A stretch of DNA of 64,000 nt from an uncultured bacterium. GTDB taxonomy: Bacteria > Bacillota_I > Bacilli_A > RFN20 > CAG-826. Each line of letters starts with the position of its first letter. Position 1 is the stretch's first letter. A program made the position numbers and the translations under genes. The stretch spans positions 4,924 through 68,923 of the forward strand of contig CASFSG010000027.1 in assembly GCA_949297305.1 (NCBI GenBank), given 5' to 3'. Below are positions 55,842 to 64,000 of this stretch, piece by piece. Below the pieces are notes generated by a model that saw nothing but the letters and a program-made list of their open reading frames with translations, made no database searches and was not told the origin of the DNA.

Positions 55842-56909
55842 TTACCTCCGTTTTATTTGGTTGTTTTTTATTTCGTAAGTTATAGCATCTCTTTCTTTTG
55901 ATGAGACGGTTGTTACAAACACTTGGCCTAATTTGAGTAGAAATTGATATAAATTAATTTGATGTTTTTTATCAAGTTCACTCATTACATCGTCTAAAAT
56001 GACGATTGGTCGATTCTTTTTATTTTCAACTAAGAAATAAGGGGTTAATTTCAAAGATATTGAGGCGAGACGATTTTCACCCTGCGAGCCATGAAGTGCG
56101 ATATCTTTGCCATTAAGTAAAAGGGTAAAGTCTTCTCTTTGGATTCCGATAGTTGTCATCTTCTTTTTTAAATCGTTCACAAGACTTTTTTCATAACAAG
56201 TTCTAAGATTCTCTTCGCTTAGTTCTATATTCCCACTAAAAGGGATATAAACAAGCGTTAAGCGTTCATTTTCACCTTTGATGTGGGTTATTACTTTCGA
56301 AATAATTTCGTTTATTTTTAAAGCGATTTTTTGTCGATAATTAATAATCTTAATTGCGTAACCTATCAGTTGAGAAGTTATAACATCAAGCATCACCAAA
56401 TCGACATCATCGTTTTTTAATAGAAAATTTCTTTCTTTTAGAATTTTTTCATAGTTAATTAATAATTCAATATACTCGGGGTATTGTTTCATTAATGTAA
56501 CATCTAAAAAATTTCTTCTCCTAGACGGTGAATCAACAAACAAAAAAGCATCTTTCGGCTCAAAAGAGATAATGTTGATAATTCTTGAAAGAGCAGATAT
56601 CTTTTCGATTCTTTTGCCGTTAACCGTTATTTTCTTACTATTTGGCTCAATCAAACAATCGATATCACTTTTAACTCCTTCTGAAATGATTTCAGCATGA
56701 ATAAAAGCTCTTTTTTCACCATATCTAATGAGTTCGCCTCCACTTATTTCTTTGAAAGATCGAGCGAGGTTTAAATAATAAATCGCTTCTACCAAATTAG
56801 TTTTTCCTACCCCGTTATCTCCGACTATCACATTGACTTTCTCAGAAAATTCAACATCCAGTTTTCGATAATTGCGGTAGTCTTTTAGGCTTATTTTTTT
56901 AACAAACAT
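55842..56909 (-). CDS. recF: DNA replication/repair protein RecF
   Basis: GDNGVGKTN, RRNFLD, GSQGENR, LDDVMSELD. Confidence 0.97.
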   Translation of the reverse strand: MFVKKISLKDYRNYRKLDVEFSEKVNVIVGDNGVGKTNLVEAIYYLNLARSFKEISGGELIRYGEKRAFIHAEIISEGVKSDIDCLIEPNSKKITVNGKRIEKISALSRIINIISFEPKDAFLFVDSPSRRRNFLDVTLMKQYPEYIELLINYEKILKERNFLLKNDDVDLVMLDVITSQLIGYAIKIINYRQKIALKINEIISKVITHIKGENERLTLVYIPFSGNIELSEENLRTCYEKSLVNDLKKKMTTIGIQREDFTLLLNGKDIALHGSQGENRLASISLKLTPYFLVENKKNRPIVILDDVMSELDKKHQINLYQFLLKLGQVFVTTVSSKERDAITYEIKNNQIKRR

Positions 56910-57126
56910 TTTTGATTAAGATAATTTCATCATCGATCGCAATTTCATCACCAGGATAGAGTTTCCTTCCACGGCGATTCTCTTCGATTTTGTTCACTTT
57001 GATAACGTGATCTAAGAGGTAAGCTTTCGCATCGCCTCCGTTACCAATAGCGTGAACAAATTTTAACAAGGCCCCTAATCTAATAAATGGGGTCTCGATG
57101 ACAATTTCTCGCACTTTCTTGTTCAT
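56899..57126 (-). CDS. yaaA: S4-domain RNA-binding protein YaaA
   Basis: IRLGALLK...GGDAK...VN...RRGRKLYPGD; lies between dnaN and recF. Confidence 0.92.
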   Translation of the reverse strand: MNKKVREIVIETPFIRLGALLKFVHAIGNGGDAKAYLLDHVIKVNKIEENRRGRKLYPGDEIAIDDEIILIKNVC

Positions 57127-57177
57127 TAATTTTCGCTTTTTTAAACCTGCGCTTTAGTTTAACATAAAAAAAATAAA

Positions 57178-57197
57178 AAGGGAATAATTATTCCCTT
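57178..57197 (-). terminator. Terminator downstream of dnaN
   Basis: Perfect 20-bp palindrome AAGGGAATAATTATTCCCTT flanked by A- and T-tracts. Confidence 0.75.
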
Positions 57198-57283
57198 ATT
57201 TTTTTGGAAAATTTTCGACGAAATTTTTCTTCTCGATATATTTCCTTACTTAATTATTTTCGTCTCTTAAATCGCTTGTTATC

Positions 57284-58405
57284 CTATTGTGCTCTTAAAG
57301 GAGTAATTAACATATCAATAGTGGCATCTTTTACATTCTTAACAACGAATGGTTTCATTTCGCCAACAAAGGCGATTGTAATATCTTCACATTTAAGTGC
57401 TTTAATGGCATCAGCAACAAAGGCGGATTTAAAGCTAACCTCTAGTCTTTCGCCATTAAACATGCAAGTATTAATTTTTTCATTTGCTGAACCGACACTT
57501 AAAGAACGCGACATAATTTCTACTTCATCTTCCGACATGACCAATTTAACAACCCCGTCGTGTTCGCTACTTAAAATTGCAACGCGATCCATCGCAGCCA
57601 AGAATTCTTTCGCGCTTACTTCTAAAGTGTAATTAAAGGATTTAGGAACAATGTTTCTAGTGTTTGGGTAATCAATATTAATCAAACGAATAGAAATGGT
57701 CGTAAAACCAAATGCGAAAATAGCTTTTTTGTCTGAAATAGCAATTGTTACCATTTCTTCATTTTCGAAAGAATGAACAATATCAACGAATTTCTTTGCT
57801 AAAATATTGACCGAAAACGTCACATTGCTATCTAAATCAATTCTTTTTCTTGCAAGACGAGCAGTATCAGTTGCGGTGGTGGTTAAAACATTTTCGCGCG
57901 CTTCAAAATTAATGGCGGTTAAGACCGGACGTCCTTCCTTGGTTGAAGAGGCAAAAGCAGTCGATTCAACTAATTCAGCTAAATCGCTGGTTCTCATGTC
58001 GAAGATATTTCCAATCATATCAAGACTAATGTCAGGATATTCGTCTGGATTAATGCAATTTAATTTAAAATTAGACTTACCATCATCAATTCTTAAAATT
58101 ATCGAATCAATTACTTCCAAAGTGACATTTTCACCTTCTAATCGACGAATAACCTCAGAAAAATATTTATAATTCACTAAGGTACTGCCCGGTTTAGAAT
58201 TGGAGATAATTTGTTTATCCGTAATCATATAAGGAACAATTGTCTGAATGACAAAATCGTTATCACTTGCTAAAAGCATTAAACCTTTTTCATTAAGTGT
58301 CATTTTGACGTTAACTAAAATTGGCAAGGCTGTTTTACTTGGGATTGCTTTAGCAACCATCCCTAAGCCTTTTATTAATTCAGTTCTATTAATAGTTAAT
58401 CTCAT
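57284..58405 (-). CDS. dnaN: DNA polymerase III beta sliding clamp
   Basis: LPIL, DEYP, ATDTARLA, YPNTRNIVP, FKSAFVADA, C-terminal MLITPLR; follows dnaA. Confidence 0.97.
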   Translation of the reverse strand: MRLTINRTELIKGLGMVAKAIPSKTALPILVNVKMTLNEKGLMLLASDNDFVIQTIVPYMITDKQIISNSKPGSTLVNYKYFSEVIRRLEGENVTLEVIDSIILRIDDGKSNFKLNCINPDEYPDISLDMIGNIFDMRTSDLAELVESTAFASSTKEGRPVLTAINFEARENVLTTTATDTARLARKRIDLDSNVTFSVNILAKKFVDIVHSFENEEMVTIAISDKKAIFAFGFTTISIRLINIDYPNTRNIVPKSFNYTLEVSAKEFLAAMDRVAILSSEHDGVVKLVMSEDEVEIMSRSLSVGSANEKINTCMFNGERLEVSFKSAFVADAIKALKCEDITIAFVGEMKPFVVKNVKDATIDMLITPLRAQ

Positions 58406-58423
58406 TTTTATTTCTCCTATTTT

Positions 58424-58460
58424 TATTAATATTATTATACATTGTGGAAACGGTGGAAAA
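58424..58460 (-). promoter_or_regulatory. oriC element between dnaA and dnaN: two abutting DnaA boxes plus DnaA-trio-like repeats
   Basis: Minus strand TTTTCCACC (58452-58460) and GTTTCCACA (58443-58451), then ATA ATA ATA TTA ATA (58424-58438). Confidence 0.7.
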
Positions 58461-58529
58461 CTTTTGTTTTATTAAGACAACTGCTTTTATTATAAACGTT
58501 ATTTTTGAAAGTTGTTATTATAAATAACA

Positions 58530-59891
58530 TTATCTTTTTAAATTAGTTTTAATTGTTTCGATTGCGCTTTGCATTGCGGTGTTGTTTTTCAACTCTTTTT
58601 CCACTTTTTCTACACCGTGCATTACGGTCGTGTGATCTTTACCTCCAAAAATATACCCAATTTTTGTGTAAGGAACACCTAACATGTCTCTGATTAAAAA
58701 CATCGCGATGTGTCTAGGAAGAGCGATTTCGCTTTGACGGGCTGTGCCGGTTAATTGGCTAGGCGTTAAAGAATAATATTCAGCGACCGCCGAAATAATT
58801 CGATCTTCATTGATTTTGTTTTTAGCTTCGCGAATGTCGATTAAATTTTGAAGCGCTTCCATAGCTATTTCCATCGTGATTTGTTTTGTTGGTTTAAAAC
58901 TAGTTGTGTAAAAAATAATTCGGTTTAAAGCTTCGTCTAAACTGCGAACGCTTTTAGAAAACTTTTCCGCGATAAAATTTAAAACAGATTCGTCGAAAGT
59001 ATTGATATCAAGTGGACCAGAATTGATTTTAGATTTTAAAATTTCGACGCAAGTTTTAACATCTGGAGCATCGATGTTCATTACTAAACCAGAGGCAAAG
59101 CGAGATGTTAGTCTCTCTTCAAAACCGTTTAAATCGTTCGGATGTTTGTCGCTAGTTATAACGATTTGTTTTTTGGCATTTTGCATTCTTTGAAACACTT
59201 GGAAAAAGAATGTTTCCGTTTGTGATTTTCCAGAGAAAAATTGGATATCATCGATTAGTAAGACGTCAAATTGACCAATGTAATTTTTCATAGCGTCTTG
59301 CCCCTTTTCCCCTCTTACTACACGAATATATTCGGTAAAAAAATCATCAGCGGAACAATATAAAACTTTTAGGGAAGATGTATCTTTAATATAGTTTGCA
59401 ATCGCGTGCAACAAATGAGTTTTTCCTAAGCCGGATTGCGAATATATAAATAAAGGATTATACACCTTACCTGGGTTAGAGGCGATATATAAAGCAGCCT
59501 GTTTTGCTTGGCGATTAAAATGGCCAACAATAAAATTATCGAAAGTTAAAGATGAATTAACTTGCGAGTGCAAGAAGAAATCTCCTTGGTTTAAAACCTC
59601 TTCTTCTTTTTCCTCGTCAATTTTTAAAGAATTACTACTAATAATTTTCGCAACGATGTTTTCGTTTGAATGTTTCTTTAAAAAATTATTAATCGATTTC
59701 AAATAATCTTTTTCAATAATTAATTGAGCGGTATCGGAATTAACAACAATTACAGCGTTAGAGCCGCTTATTTTATGTATATATGAGTCTTCTAAAAAGG
59801 CAGAATACATAATGTTATTGTTAATTTCCCCTTTTAAATCGTCGAGAACCTTGTGCCATAAATTCGCATATTCAGATGTACTTATTGGCAT
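58530..59891 (-). CDS. dnaA: Chromosomal replication initiator DnaA
   Basis: YNPLFIYSQSGLGKTHL, LLIDDIQF, RLTSRF, domain IV PRHIAM...GGKDHTTVMH. Confidence 0.99.
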   Translation of the reverse strand: MPISTSEYANLWHKVLDDLKGEINNNIMYSAFLEDSYIHKISGSNAVIVVNSDTAQLIIEKDYLKSINNFLKKHSNENIVAKIISSNSLKIDEEKEEEVLNQGDFFLHSQVNSSLTFDNFIVGHFNRQAKQAALYIASNPGKVYNPLFIYSQSGLGKTHLLHAIANYIKDTSSLKVLYCSADDFFTEYIRVVRGEKGQDAMKNYIGQFDVLLIDDIQFFSGKSQTETFFFQVFQRMQNAKKQIVITSDKHPNDLNGFEERLTSRFASGLVMNIDAPDVKTCVEILKSKINSGPLDINTFDESVLNFIAEKFSKSVRSLDEALNRIIFYTTSFKPTKQITMEIAMEALQNLIDIREAKNKINEDRIISAVAEYYSLTPSQLTGTARQSEIALPRHIAMFLIRDMLGVPYTKIGYIFGGKDHTTVMHGVEKVEKELKNNTAMQSAIETIKTNLKR

Positions 59892-60400
59892 AAATTATCC
59901 CCTTTCTCAGCCATTATTATAAGTGAAAAAGTATAAATAAAAAGTATAAATTAACATCATCAAAAGTTTTCCACATTTCTTCGAGCGAAAAACTATCGAT
60001 TTTCACTAAAAGAAAATGAGTTTTCCACAATTTGCATTTTGTGGATAAAATGTTAGTTGATTGTGCCTTAAATAAAACTTGTTAATAGAATGTGAATTAA
60101 TAAATGTTTTACACATAATAAAAATTTTAAAAAATAGATATAATCGATAAAATACCTATTTATTCACCGTTTTCACATCGTTTAATTCACACCTATGTTG
60201 ATTTGTGTAAATCTATGTGGAAAAGATGTTAATTAGTTCATTTGATATTTAGGATATATAACCTAGTTTTCCACAATAAAATAGTTTCACCATAATAAAT
60301 GCGGGAAATCTGTTGAAAATTAATCGATATTATCGTATAAATTTACTAATTTAGTTAAAATTCTTATTTTCGTTATTAGTTCCCATGTTATCTTACCCAA
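59892..60400. other. oriC DnaA-box cluster upstream of dnaA
   Basis: TTTTCCACA at 59967, 60021, 60267 (+) and 60216 (-); TTATCCACA at 60040 (-); one-mismatch boxes at 60106, 60160 and 60169. AT-rich, and gene orientation flips here. Confidence 0.92.
59926..59951. repeat. Perfect tandem 13-mer (AAAAAGTATAAAT x2) in the dnaA promoter region
   Basis: 59926-59938 and 59939-59951 are identical. Confidence 0.85.
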
Positions 60401-60408
60401 AATAATTA

Positions 60409-60437
60409 TTGATTATTTTAGGCGTTAAGAATATAAT
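60409..60437 (+). promoter_or_regulatory. Sigma-A-type promoter for the rpmH operon
   Basis: TTGATT (60409-60414), 17-nt spacer, TATAAT (60432-60437). Confidence 0.65.
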
Positions 60438-60476
60438 TGCAACGCGTCTATAAAATTTAGTTAGGAGAATGCATGA

Positions 60477-60611
60477 ATGAAAAGAACATATCAACCAAGT
60501 AAAAAACATCAACAACACGTTCACGGTTTTCGCAAGCGTATGTCGACTAAAAATGGTCGTAAAGTTTTAAGTGCGCGTCGCCAAAAAGGTCGCAAAAGAT
60601 TGTCTCATTAA
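60477..60611 (+). CDS. rpmH: 50S ribosomal protein L34 (absent from the ORF track, 44 aa)
   Basis: [44 protein letters not shown]; AGGAG RBS. Confidence 0.98.
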   Translation: MKRTYQPSKKHQQHVHGFRKRMSTKNGRKVLSARRQKGRKRLSH

Positions 60612-60617
60612 TTAAGG

Positions 60618-60962
60618 ATGAAAATTCTTAACCGGATTAAAAGAAACGAAGATTTTAATAAGATTATTCATCATGGTTTAAATTTTCGCTCCTATCCGTT
60701 TTCTTTGTTTATCTTACCCAATAACTTAAATTATTCTCGCATTGGAATTTCTGTTCAAAAAAAATTAGGAAACGCTGTTTGTCGCAACAAAGCCAAACGT
60801 CAAGTAAATGCGATGCTTCGAGAAATAGTCGACTTAAATGTCGGAAAAGACTATGTCTTAGTTATTTATAAGGGTTATGATATAAATGAGTTTAAGAAAA
60901 ACAAATCTTTGCTTGAAGAATTATATTTAAAAGGAAATAACAATAGTGAAAAAATCGCTTAA
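60618..60962 (+). CDS. rnpA: Ribonuclease P protein component
   Basis: RIKRNEDF, RIGISVQKKLGNAVCRNKAKR. Confidence 0.96.
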   Translation: MKILNRIKRNEDFNKIIHHGLNFRSYPFSLFILPNNLNYSRIGISVQKKLGNAVCRNKAKRQVNAMLREIVDLNVGKDYVLVIYKGYDINEFKKNKSLLEELYLKGNNNSEKIA

Positions 60963-62529
60963 ATTAGGTATTGGTATCACCTCACTTCTATTAGGAGTGA
61001 TGTTAATTTCAAGTTGTACTGCAACGTTTTGTTCAACGGTAGAAACAGCTAGAATGATGTATGCGGGTGAGCCGGGTGTCAGCCAATATGTGACACAAGA
61101 AGAGGCTCAAAACACTACAACTTCAGGTTTAGTGAGTGTTGAACAAGTTTTTGCTGATAATAGTGACCTCTATCGCGTTGTTAGCAAAGATGAAAATGGT
61201 GGTTTCACTAATTCCCAAATGTTAACTTCAATTATTAGTAGCGCAAAGCAAAATGGTATTTATGTGCCTACTGATGATTATTTTAAAAAGATGGACACCA
61301 AGTTTTTAGAATTAGCCATCTCAATTTATAATAATGAAGTTGCTGAATCAACACCGACAACGGCCGTTAGAACTAAAGAAGTCGATGGTGAAATTACTTA
61401 TTTACCGGTTTCAACCTCGGATATAACAAGTGTAGAGACTAACACTCTATTAAAAAATTATGGTTATTTAAAATTTTATGGCACGGATGAATTGCTTTGG
61501 GTTAATTATGAAGTAATGGATGCCTCAGTTAAACAAGAAATTGGTATCGAGAATAGCGCGACGACCGATTTTATGAATCTATACACTTCGACGATGACGC
61601 AGAATTTTGCTAATTCCCGTTCTTGTATTGCGACTATAACTGGCGAATATGGCTCTTACGGAGAAAACGGAGAACCGATTTTAATTCAAGAAAAAACATG
61701 GAAATATGCGTGGGGTAGAGGACCCATCGAAGGTTTATTAGTGTATCCAGTCGCTTATTTACTCGATACTTTAACTATGTCTTTTGGCGGCGTTGATCAA
61801 AATGGTTGGATTCAATTAGCTGCTCTATTTGTGGTTACAATCATTATTCGCACAGTTCTTCTGTTAGCGACTTTCTGGTCGACTATTGGACAACAAAAAA
61901 TGCAAGCTTTGCAACCCGAAATTGCTAAAATTCAAGCTAAGTATCCAAACGCGAATACCAATCAAAGCGAAAGGATGCGCATGTCACAAGAAACGAGTAT
62001 GCTTTATAAGAAAAATAAAGTTAGACCATTCGTGTCTTTGCTTGTTATGATTATTCAATTCCCGATCTTTATTGGTGTTTGGGGTGCAATTTCTGGTGCG
62101 GCTGTTCTTTCGACTGGTACTTTGCTTAATTTACAGATGTCGACTTCGCTTTCAACCGCCTTCTTTAATTTTAGTGAAGGGTGGGCAACTAATATTTATG
62201 GTTTCTGGACAGCGATAATTATTTTCATAATTATGGCCGCGACACAATTTGTTTCGATGAAGTTACCACAATGGCTTAACGCTAAAAAGAATAAGAAGAT
62301 TCAACGTTTGACTAAAAACCCAACACAAGATCAACAAAATAAAACAATGAAGATAGTTTCTTGGGTTATGTTGATTATGATTATTGTCATGGGTGTTACA
62401 TTACCTGCCGCTATGGCGATTTATTGGATTTTCGGTGCAATTTATTCAATTATTCAAACATTAATTATTCAATTGCTCGTTATGCCAAAACTTATGGAAA
62501 GAGAAAAAAGAAAAAAACAAAATCGTTAG
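60946..62529 (+). CDS. yidC: Membrane protein insertase YidC/Oxa1, lipoprotein with a large extracytoplasmic domain
   Basis: Lipobox ISSC; core TIIIRTVLL...MQALQPEIAKIQAKY, IIQFPIF and LPAAMAIYW. GTG start; no yidD upstream. Confidence 0.93.
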   Translation: MKKSLKLGIGITSLLLGVMLISSCTATFCSTVETARMMYAGEPGVSQYVTQEEAQNTTTSGLVSVEQVFADNSDLYRVVSKDENGGFTNSQMLTSIISSAKQNGIYVPTDDYFKKMDTKFLELAISIYNNEVAESTPTTAVRTKEVDGEITYLPVSTSDITSVETNTLLKNYGYLKFYGTDELLWVNYEVMDASVKQEIGIENSATTDFMNLYTSTMTQNFANSRSCIATITGEYGSYGENGEPILIQEKTWKYAWGRGPIEGLLVYPVAYLLDTLTMSFGGVDQNGWIQLAALFVVTIIIRTVLLLATFWSTIGQQKMQALQPEIAKIQAKYPNANTNQSERMRMSQETSMLYKKNKVRPFVSLLVMIIQFPIFIGVWGAISGAAVLSTGTLLNLQMSTSLSTAFFNFSEGWATNIYGFWTAIIIFIIMAATQFVSMKLPQWLNAKKNKKIQRLTKNPTQDQQNKTMKIVSWVMLIMIIVMGVTLPAAMAIYWIFGAIYSIIQTLIIQLLVMPKLMEREKRKKQNR

Positions 62530-62538
62530 AAAGGAATA

Positions 62539-63144
62539 TTGATGAAAACATATACTGCAAAAACGGTTGACGACGCTTTAGAATTAGCTAGCACTGAATT
62601 AGGTGTAGATGTCGACCAATTAATTTACGAAATCAAAGAAGAAAAAAGAACATTATTATCAAAAAAAGCTGTCATTGAGGTCTATGAACTTAGTGATGCG
62701 ATTAGCTATGCTGAAGATTATCTTAAAAAAGTCGTTGAAAGTTTAGGTATTGATGAAGTTAAAACTAATGCCTCTTTAAGCGATGATGTCATTCGCATCG
62801 AAATTAATACTAACCACAACCCAATCATCATCGGTAAAAATGGTATCACTTTACAAGCTTTAAACGAATTATGCCGTCTTGCTGTTTCAAGCAAATTTAA
62901 AAGAAAATTTAGAATATTATTAGATGTCGGTAATTATAAGGGCGCAAAATATTCTCGCATTGCCCGTTTAGCTAGAAATAGCGCTAAGCAAGTTCAAAAA
63001 ACCCATATTGATGTTACATTAGAACCAATGCCTGGCGATGAAAGAAGAGTCGTTCATAACGCCTTAAATAACTTTTCTCACATCAAGACCGAATCGAGCG
63101 GGGAAGGTAAATTAAGAGCCGTAAGCATTAAATATGTTGAATAA
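62539..63144 (+). CDS. jag: Jag/EloR (KhpB) RNA-binding protein with KH and R3H domains
   Basis: Jag_N (AKTVDDAL), IIGKNGITLQAL, LEPMPGDERRVVHNAL, SSGEG. Confidence 0.95.
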   Translation: MMKTYTAKTVDDALELASTELGVDVDQLIYEIKEEKRTLLSKKAVIEVYELSDAISYAEDYLKKVVESLGIDEVKTNASLSDDVIRIEINTNHNPIIIGKNGITLQALNELCRLAVSSKFKRKFRILLDVGNYKGAKYSRIARLARNSAKQVQKTHIDVTLEPMPGDERRVVHNALNNFSHIKTESSGEGKLRAVSIKYVE

Positions 63145-63166
63145 TAGAGCCTCGGCTCTATTTTTC
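63143..63166 (+). terminator. Intrinsic terminator after jag
   Basis: AATAGAGC-CTCG-GCTCTATT followed by TTT. Confidence 0.8.
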
Positions 63167-63182
63167 TTATATAATTAATTAT

Positions 63183-64000
63183 ATGGAAACGATTGTTGCT
63201 TTAGCGAGCGGTCAAATAAAAAGCGCTTTAAGTATCATTAGATTATCAGGCGACGATGTTTTTGATATTGTTCAAAAAATCTTTACCAAGCGTTTTGATC
63301 TAAAAAAGAAAAAGGAACTTCTTTTTGGCTATATTGTTGACAAAGAAAAAACAATTGACCAAGTCGTTTTACTTAAATATCTTTCGCCCCATTCTTTTAC
63401 CGGTGAAAATGCAATTGAAATTATTTGTCATGGTTCGATGCTCATCGCTCGTGAAATTATTGATTTGTGTTTAAAACACGGCGCGCGTTTAGCGCATAAC
63501 GGCGAATTTTCTTCGCGTGCCTACTTAAACAACAAAATAGATTTAATTCAAGCCGAAGCAATCAATGATTTAATTAATGCCTTATCTAAAGAAAGTCAAG
63601 AGATTGCCCTAAGCGCTTTAAAAGGAGAGGTTTCCAAGGAATTTTATCCATTAAAAACTGCTTTAGCTGATCTTTTAAGTAACATTGAAGTAAATATTGA
63701 TTTTCCAGAATATCAAGATATCGAAGAAGTTAATCGAGAAAAAATAATCGCAGTTGTAACGAAAATAAAGGCTGATTTGCGGCCGTTTTTACTAAACGCA
63801 AAAGAAGCAATTAAAATTAAAGACGGCGTTAATGTTGCTTTGGTTGGGAAGCCTAATGTTGGAAAATCATCATTACTTAATGCGTTAATTAATGAAGATA
63901 AAGCAATTGTTACCGATATCGAAGGAACAACTCGCGACATCGTTGAAGGAACATTTGTTTTAAATGGTATTCCGATTCATTTGTTTGATACAGCCGGCCT
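63183..64000 (+). CDS. mnmE: tRNA modification GTPase MnmE/TrmE, 5' part (runs off the window edge; absent from the ORF track)
   Basis: METIVALAS...IIRLSG, SFTGENAIEIICHG, GEFSSRAYLNNKIDLIQAE, GKPNVGKSSL, TDIEGTTRD, DTAGL. Confidence 0.97.
   Translation, partial: METIVALASGQIKSALSIIRLSGDDVFDIVQKIFTKRFDLKKKKELLFGYIVDKEKTIDQVVLLKYLSPHSFTGENAIEIICHGSMLIAREIIDLCLKHGARLAHNGEFSSRAYLNNKIDLIQAEAINDLINALSKESQEIALSALKGEVSKEFYPLKTALADLLSNIEVNIDFPEYQDIEEVNREKIIAVVTKIKADLRPFLLNAKEAIKIKDGVNVALVGKPNVGKSSLLNALINEDKAIVTDIEGTTRDIVEGTFVLNGIPIHLFDTAG

Noticed and set aside
4721-63940. Many short opposite-strand or alternate-frame ORFs in the track (e.g. 4721..4927, 6365..6604, 9681..10175, 15905..16285, 36387..36695, 45414..45842, 57204..57632, 57807..58172, 63713..63940)
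   Set aside because: They lie mostly or wholly within confidently identified genes, lack RBSs and motifs, and have the Ser/Ile/Phe-rich composition of antisense shadows.
1-64000. CRISPR array, IS/transposase, integrase, prophage, tRNA or rRNA genes
   Set aside because: No regularly spaced repeats, transposase or recombinase motifs, or cloverleaf/rRNA signatures were seen; intergenic spaces are short and mostly accounted for. This was a visual scan only.

Overview
This is a chromosomal segment spanning the replication origin of an AT-rich, apparently genome-reduced fermentative Bacilli/Mollicutes-related bacterium. The lineage is inferred from gene content, the minimal SRP RNA and the large lipidated YidC, not from a database search. 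The standard genetic code fits. The dnaA-dnaN-yaaA-recF-gyrB-gyrA block and the rpmH-rnpA-yidC-jag-mnmE block diverge from a DnaA-box-rich oriC near 60 kb, and a second origin element lies between dnaA and dnaN. Most genes are housekeeping: secA, comF, prfA/prmC, dnaX-recR-tmk-holB-ricT-rsmI, metG, rpmE, tadA, serS, and an SRP RNA not shown in the ORF track. The most unusual parts are: (1) a single-chain PLP decarboxylase-agmatine deiminase fusion overlapping aguB; (2) a 4.3 kb accessory island encoding a large secreted HExxH gluzincin-like protein flanked by two paralogous lipoproteins; (3) a rex-adhE-hfsABCD-like hydrogen-sensing operon with a candidate operator; (4) a DUF1538-like membrane protein with two PII-like proteins; (5) several enzymes with altered catalytic motifs (P-type ATPase PSGL, M50-like LExxH, degenerate GT4) and an MscL with a large loop insertion; and (6) repeated leaderless-type promoter geometry at operon-leading genes. 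I saw no CRISPR array, IS element, prophage, tRNA or rRNA gene. All family assignments come from motif recognition by eye; no searches were run.
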